Below are positions 60,281 to 64,000 of a stretch of 64,000 bases of DNA, one piece after another (position 1 is the stretch's first letter; each line of letters starts with the position of its first letter). The notes below the pieces were generated by a model. It had not been told where the DNA came from. It did no database searches and saw nothing but the letters and a program-made list of their open reading frames with translations. A program made the translations under genes and the position numbers. The stretch lies in contig OZ024742.1 of NCBI GenBank assembly GCA_964016885.1, positions 434,001 to 498,000 of the forward strand, read 5' to 3'. Source of the DNA: Eledone cirrhosa. Its lineage: Eukaryota.

Positions 60281-60665
60281 TCCATAAATTATATCACTGA
60301 TTTAAAATCAATCATCATTTTCTTACAAAAAAAATGTGTGAAACGCAGCAAGGTGCAGGTAATTTGGCTAGTACATTATAAAACTCTTTTTAAAAGAATT
60401 TTCCCCCTCATTTATTTCAATAATGTCACTTTGACGAATCAAAGAAAGGAAAAAAAGAAAAACAGCCGTAAATATATTTTCCGTGCTATTTCCAATTCCC
60501 CCCACCCCTATATATATATATATACATATATATATAATAGTAATAAGTTGATGGAACTAGTATGGGTTTCACTGCATCTAAGTGTACTCAATAGGTATTA
60601 GTAAATATACTCCCAGAGTATACACATAGTTATTCACTTCAATACAACACATGTAAATGTGGACC

Positions 60666-60932
60666 TTGTCTTTTGTTATTGAGTTGAAAGTTATTTCACT
60701 AAACCTCTCATAATTCTGGAATATTTTGAGAATTAAAACACAAAGATTATATATATTCATCATCATTTAACGTCCATCTTCCACACTAGCATGGGTTAGA
60801 CGCTTTTGTTCCATTTTATGCGGGAATGGTCGAGAGACCATCTATATATAATCTTTGTGTTTTAATTCTCAAAATATTCCAGAATTATGAGAGGTTTAGT
60901 GAAATAACTTTCAATTCAATAACAAAAGACAA
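60666..60932. repeat. Inverted repeat (~90-bp arms) enclosing a short RTE 3'-tail fragment (60757-60801)
   Basis: 60666-60755 pairs with 60843-60932 (~1 mismatch). The spacer begins with TCATCATCATTTAACGTCCATCTTCCACACTAGCATGGGTTAGAC. Confidence 0.92.
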
Positions 60933-61123
60933 ATATTGAACTACTGAAATCTAATATTATCTGTCAATAATGTGATGTCTAAGATTTGAATACTTTAATA
61001 GGGGTGTTTGGGGTGTGTTAGTATTTTAAGTCTTTCAATACAAAATTCTCTGAAAACACCCCCGGTTCTATGATACAAAACTGATTATTTTTAATAGAGG
61101 GTGGGGTTAGATATGTTAGTATT

Positions 61124-61381
61124 TTAACCTTTTTGATACCAAACCAACCGAAACCACCCCTACTTCTATGATACAAAACTGTTTATTTTAAAGTGCATAT
61201 ATTATAATCTAAAAACCTTCCATAAAAATTTATGTAAGAACCATTGTTAAGTTATGCACCAAACACCAACTAAATCCCAAGATATATTACTACATCTCTC
61301 GAAATTCCTGATTACTTTCAAAATTAATTTGAGAATTATAGACAGTGTCTTTCATTAGAAATATGGTAATGAAAGGGTTAA
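61124..61381 (+). mobile_element. piggyBac-like MITE (~250 bp) with TTAA at both ends
   Basis: TTAA-CCTTTTTGATACC ... GGTAATGAAAGGG-TTAA: imperfect TIRs with CC(C)T/AGGG termini. Second copy at 17541-17925; its 5' end is also duplicated at ~61017-61090. Confidence 0.7.
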
Positions 61382-61592
61382 GGACATAGATGGTGCCTTT
61401 CATTAGAAATATGGTAAAGAAAGGGTTAAAGACATAGACAGTGCCTTTCATTAGAAATATGGTAATGAGGGGTTAATGACACAGATAGTGTCTTTCATTA
61501 GAAATATGGTAATGAAAGGTTTAAAGACATAGGTAGTGTCTTTCATTAGATATATGGTAATGAAAGGGTTAATGACTGTCTTTCAGTAGAAA
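61337..61592 (+). repeat. 48-bp tandem repeat (~5 diverged copies) of the MITE right end
   Basis: ATAGACAGTGTCTTTCATTAGAAATATGGTAATGAAAGGGTTAA repeated; reverse complement of the 62957-64000 unit. Confidence 0.9.
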
Positions 61593-61925
61593 TTCAGAAG
61601 ATTACAGAGGTTGCCCCACTGGAGACCAACCCTAAAACTAGGGGCTATTATTATAAAACATACCTTGCTATACAAGTTGTTGATTGTTTAAAGAGATATG
61701 ACTTAGAGGTCAATGACAGGTTTTAGTGACATTCAATATAGAAGAACAATAATATGACAGATCTATTTTTAGATATGATGAAATTATCGCCATGTAGAAG
61801 TACAATGGCCCAGTGGACAACATAGCAAATTACTATGTACATATTTATATTAAGTAGATGTTTCAGGACAAGGTATGTTAGTGTATTTAGCTGCCTACCA
61901 CTCCTTGTAAGGCATATATATATAT

Positions 61926-62042
61926 ATAGGAAAAAGTGTAACCCTAACGGCAGAGCTCAAGCCGCTTCGACGGCTATTTGAAGTCCAGAAATAGCCGTCG
62001 AAACGGCTTGAGCTCTGCCGTCGGAGTTAAACTTTTTCCTAT
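61926..62042. repeat. GC-rich palindrome, ~54-bp arms, 9-nt loop
   Basis: ACGGCAGAGCTCAAGCCGCTTCGACGGCTATTT-gaagtccag-AAATAGCCGTCGAAACGGCTTGAGCTCTGCCGT, extended by ATAGGAAAAAGT/ACTTTTTCCTAT. Confidence 0.95.
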
Positions 62043-62118
62043 TACCCACTCTATTACCCTAAGTATTGAGTACTCTGGTGTGCTATGGTCCATCTGGTTC
62101 CTTACCACACCTCCTTCG

Positions 62119-62157
<39 letters not shown>

Positions 62158-62956
62158 TGGTTGAGTAGATTGGTGGTTTACTGAGGAAGGTATCAATATC
62201 AAGAGTTTATGCTATGGCTGAGTGTATAAGCAAGGTTTCACATTAAGGTCTTTATTGATTATACAGTTGAGATTTTAGCTTTGCTTGATGAACAAGTCTG
62301 AAGAGTAGATCGGGCTAGAGTCAGGTCTAGTGTTTATAGAGATCCTGAGCCACCCATCTGTGAAACGGTCGTAACTGTGGATAATCAATAAAGACCTGAA
62401 TGTCTTACTTCACTGTTGAGAGAGAGAGAGAGAGGGGGAGAGAGAGAGAGAGAGAGAGAGATGACACACAGTATTTACAAAGTACTATAGACTTTGAACC
62501 AAGGTTTTCTAGGCCCAGTACATAAATTGCATGACTGTTTTTCACATTATTTTCTTAGGAAAAGGTGCAATTTATACACAAGTATATATGGTGTGTGTGT
62601 GTGTATGTATATATATATATATATATAGACACACTCAACAGACTGGTCTAGAAGCAGCACACAATCACACCATGTAGGGCTCATAAGACTAATAATAAAA
62701 ATAGCAGAAAGATCTGTTTCCTATCAACTCAATGCTACATAAACAGAAGTTAGCACTGAACAACATGTAAACTATTATAAAACCACAAGTTATCCTTCCT
62801 CTTCATATCTTACAAACAAGCCAGATGTCATAAACAGCTTTCATCTGTTGTTTCTTTTATTCTCCTTAGTGAGGTGGGAGGGAGCTAACGTGCTAAATTA
62901 AATAACTTCATCAAACAACCCTAAATTGTTTCCAGTATCATACAAATTAAAATTGT

Positions 62957-64000
62957 TTAACCCTTTCATTACCATATTTCTAATGAAAGACACTACCTAT
63001 GTCATTAACCCTTTCATTACCATATTTCTAATGAAGACACTGTCTATGTCATTAACCCTTTCATTACCATATTTCTAATGAAGACACTGTCTATGTCATT
63101 AACCCTTTCATTACCATATTTCTAATGAAAGACACTGTCTATGTCATTAACCCTTTCATTACCATATTTCTAATGAAAAACACTACCTATGTCATTAACC
63201 CTTTCATTACCATATTTCTAATGAAAGATACTGTCTATGTCATTAACCCTTTCATTACCATATTTCTAATGAAAGACACTGTCTATGTCATTAACCCTTT
63301 CATTACCATATTTCTAATGAAAGATACTGTCTATGTCATTAACCCTTTAATTACCATATTTCTAATGAAAGACACTGTCTATCTCATTAACCCTTTCATT
63401 ACCATATTTCTAATGAAAGACACTGTCTATGTCATTAACCCTTTCATTACCATATTTCTAATGAAAGACACTGTCTATGTCATTAACCCTTTCATTACCA
63501 TTTTTCTAATGAAAGACACTAGATATGTCATTAACCCTTTCATTACCATATTTCTAATGAAAGACACTGTCTATGTCATTAACCCTTTCATTACCATATT
63601 TCTAATGAAAGACACTACCTATGTCATTAACCCTTTCATTACCATATTTCTAATGAAAGACACTACCTATGTCATTAACCCTTTCATTAACATATTTCAA
63701 ATGAAAGACACTGTCTATGTCATTAACCCTTTCATTACCATATTTCTAATGAAATACACTGTCTATGTCATTAACCCTTTCATTACCATATTTCTAATGA
63801 AAAACACTATACCTATGTCATTAACCCTTTCATTACCATATTTCTAATGAAAGACACTACCTATGTCATTAACCCTTTCATTACCATATTTCAAATGAAA
63901 GACACTGTCTATGTCATTAACCCTTTCATTACCATATTTCTAATGAAAGACACTAGATATGTCATTAACCCTTTCATTACCATATTTCTAATGAAAGACA
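62957..64000 (-). repeat. 48-bp satellite, >=21 copies, runs off the window (TTAACCCTTTCATTACCATATTTCTAATGAAAGACACTGTCTATGTCA)
   Basis: Period 48 (16-codon repeat in the ORF track); two early units are 47 bp. Confidence 0.97.

Noticed and set aside
63125-63847. 240-aa ORF of 16-aa repeats (MKDTVYVINPFITIFL)
   Set aside because: A 48-bp satellite unit divisible by 3. Neighbouring units carry frameshifting indels and the unit derives from a MITE end.

Overview
AT-rich eukaryotic genomic DNA made up almost entirely of repeats. The SINE, RTE-LINE and MITE families resemble those I know from octopus/cephalopod genomes; this is recognition from memory, not a database result. About 60% of the window is tandem arrays: a 46-bp satellite (~4.1 kb), a 591-bp tandem repeat (~4.1 copies), a 41-bp satellite (~3.8 kb), a (CAC)-rich ~34-bp minisatellite, a ~27-kb array of a ~31-bp CA-rich unit with kb-scale higher-order duplications, and a 48-bp satellite built from a piggyBac-like MITE end. 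The rest is microsatellites, tRNA-derived SINEs, 5'-truncated RTE-clade LINEs (one with a PHD-type zinc finger inside its RT ORF), non-autonomous Helitrons (one with an exact head-to-tail CTAG|TC junction) and a Helitron PIF1-like helicase remnant. No intact host gene can be supported, and nearly all listed ORFs are repeat artefacts. Two weak, phase-compatible minus-strand exon candidates suggest the window may be intronic. A recurring unexplained pattern is a high density of local fold-back (inverted) duplications, often beside retroposon 3' ends or (TA)n tracts. I did not find a convincing new multi-gene system.
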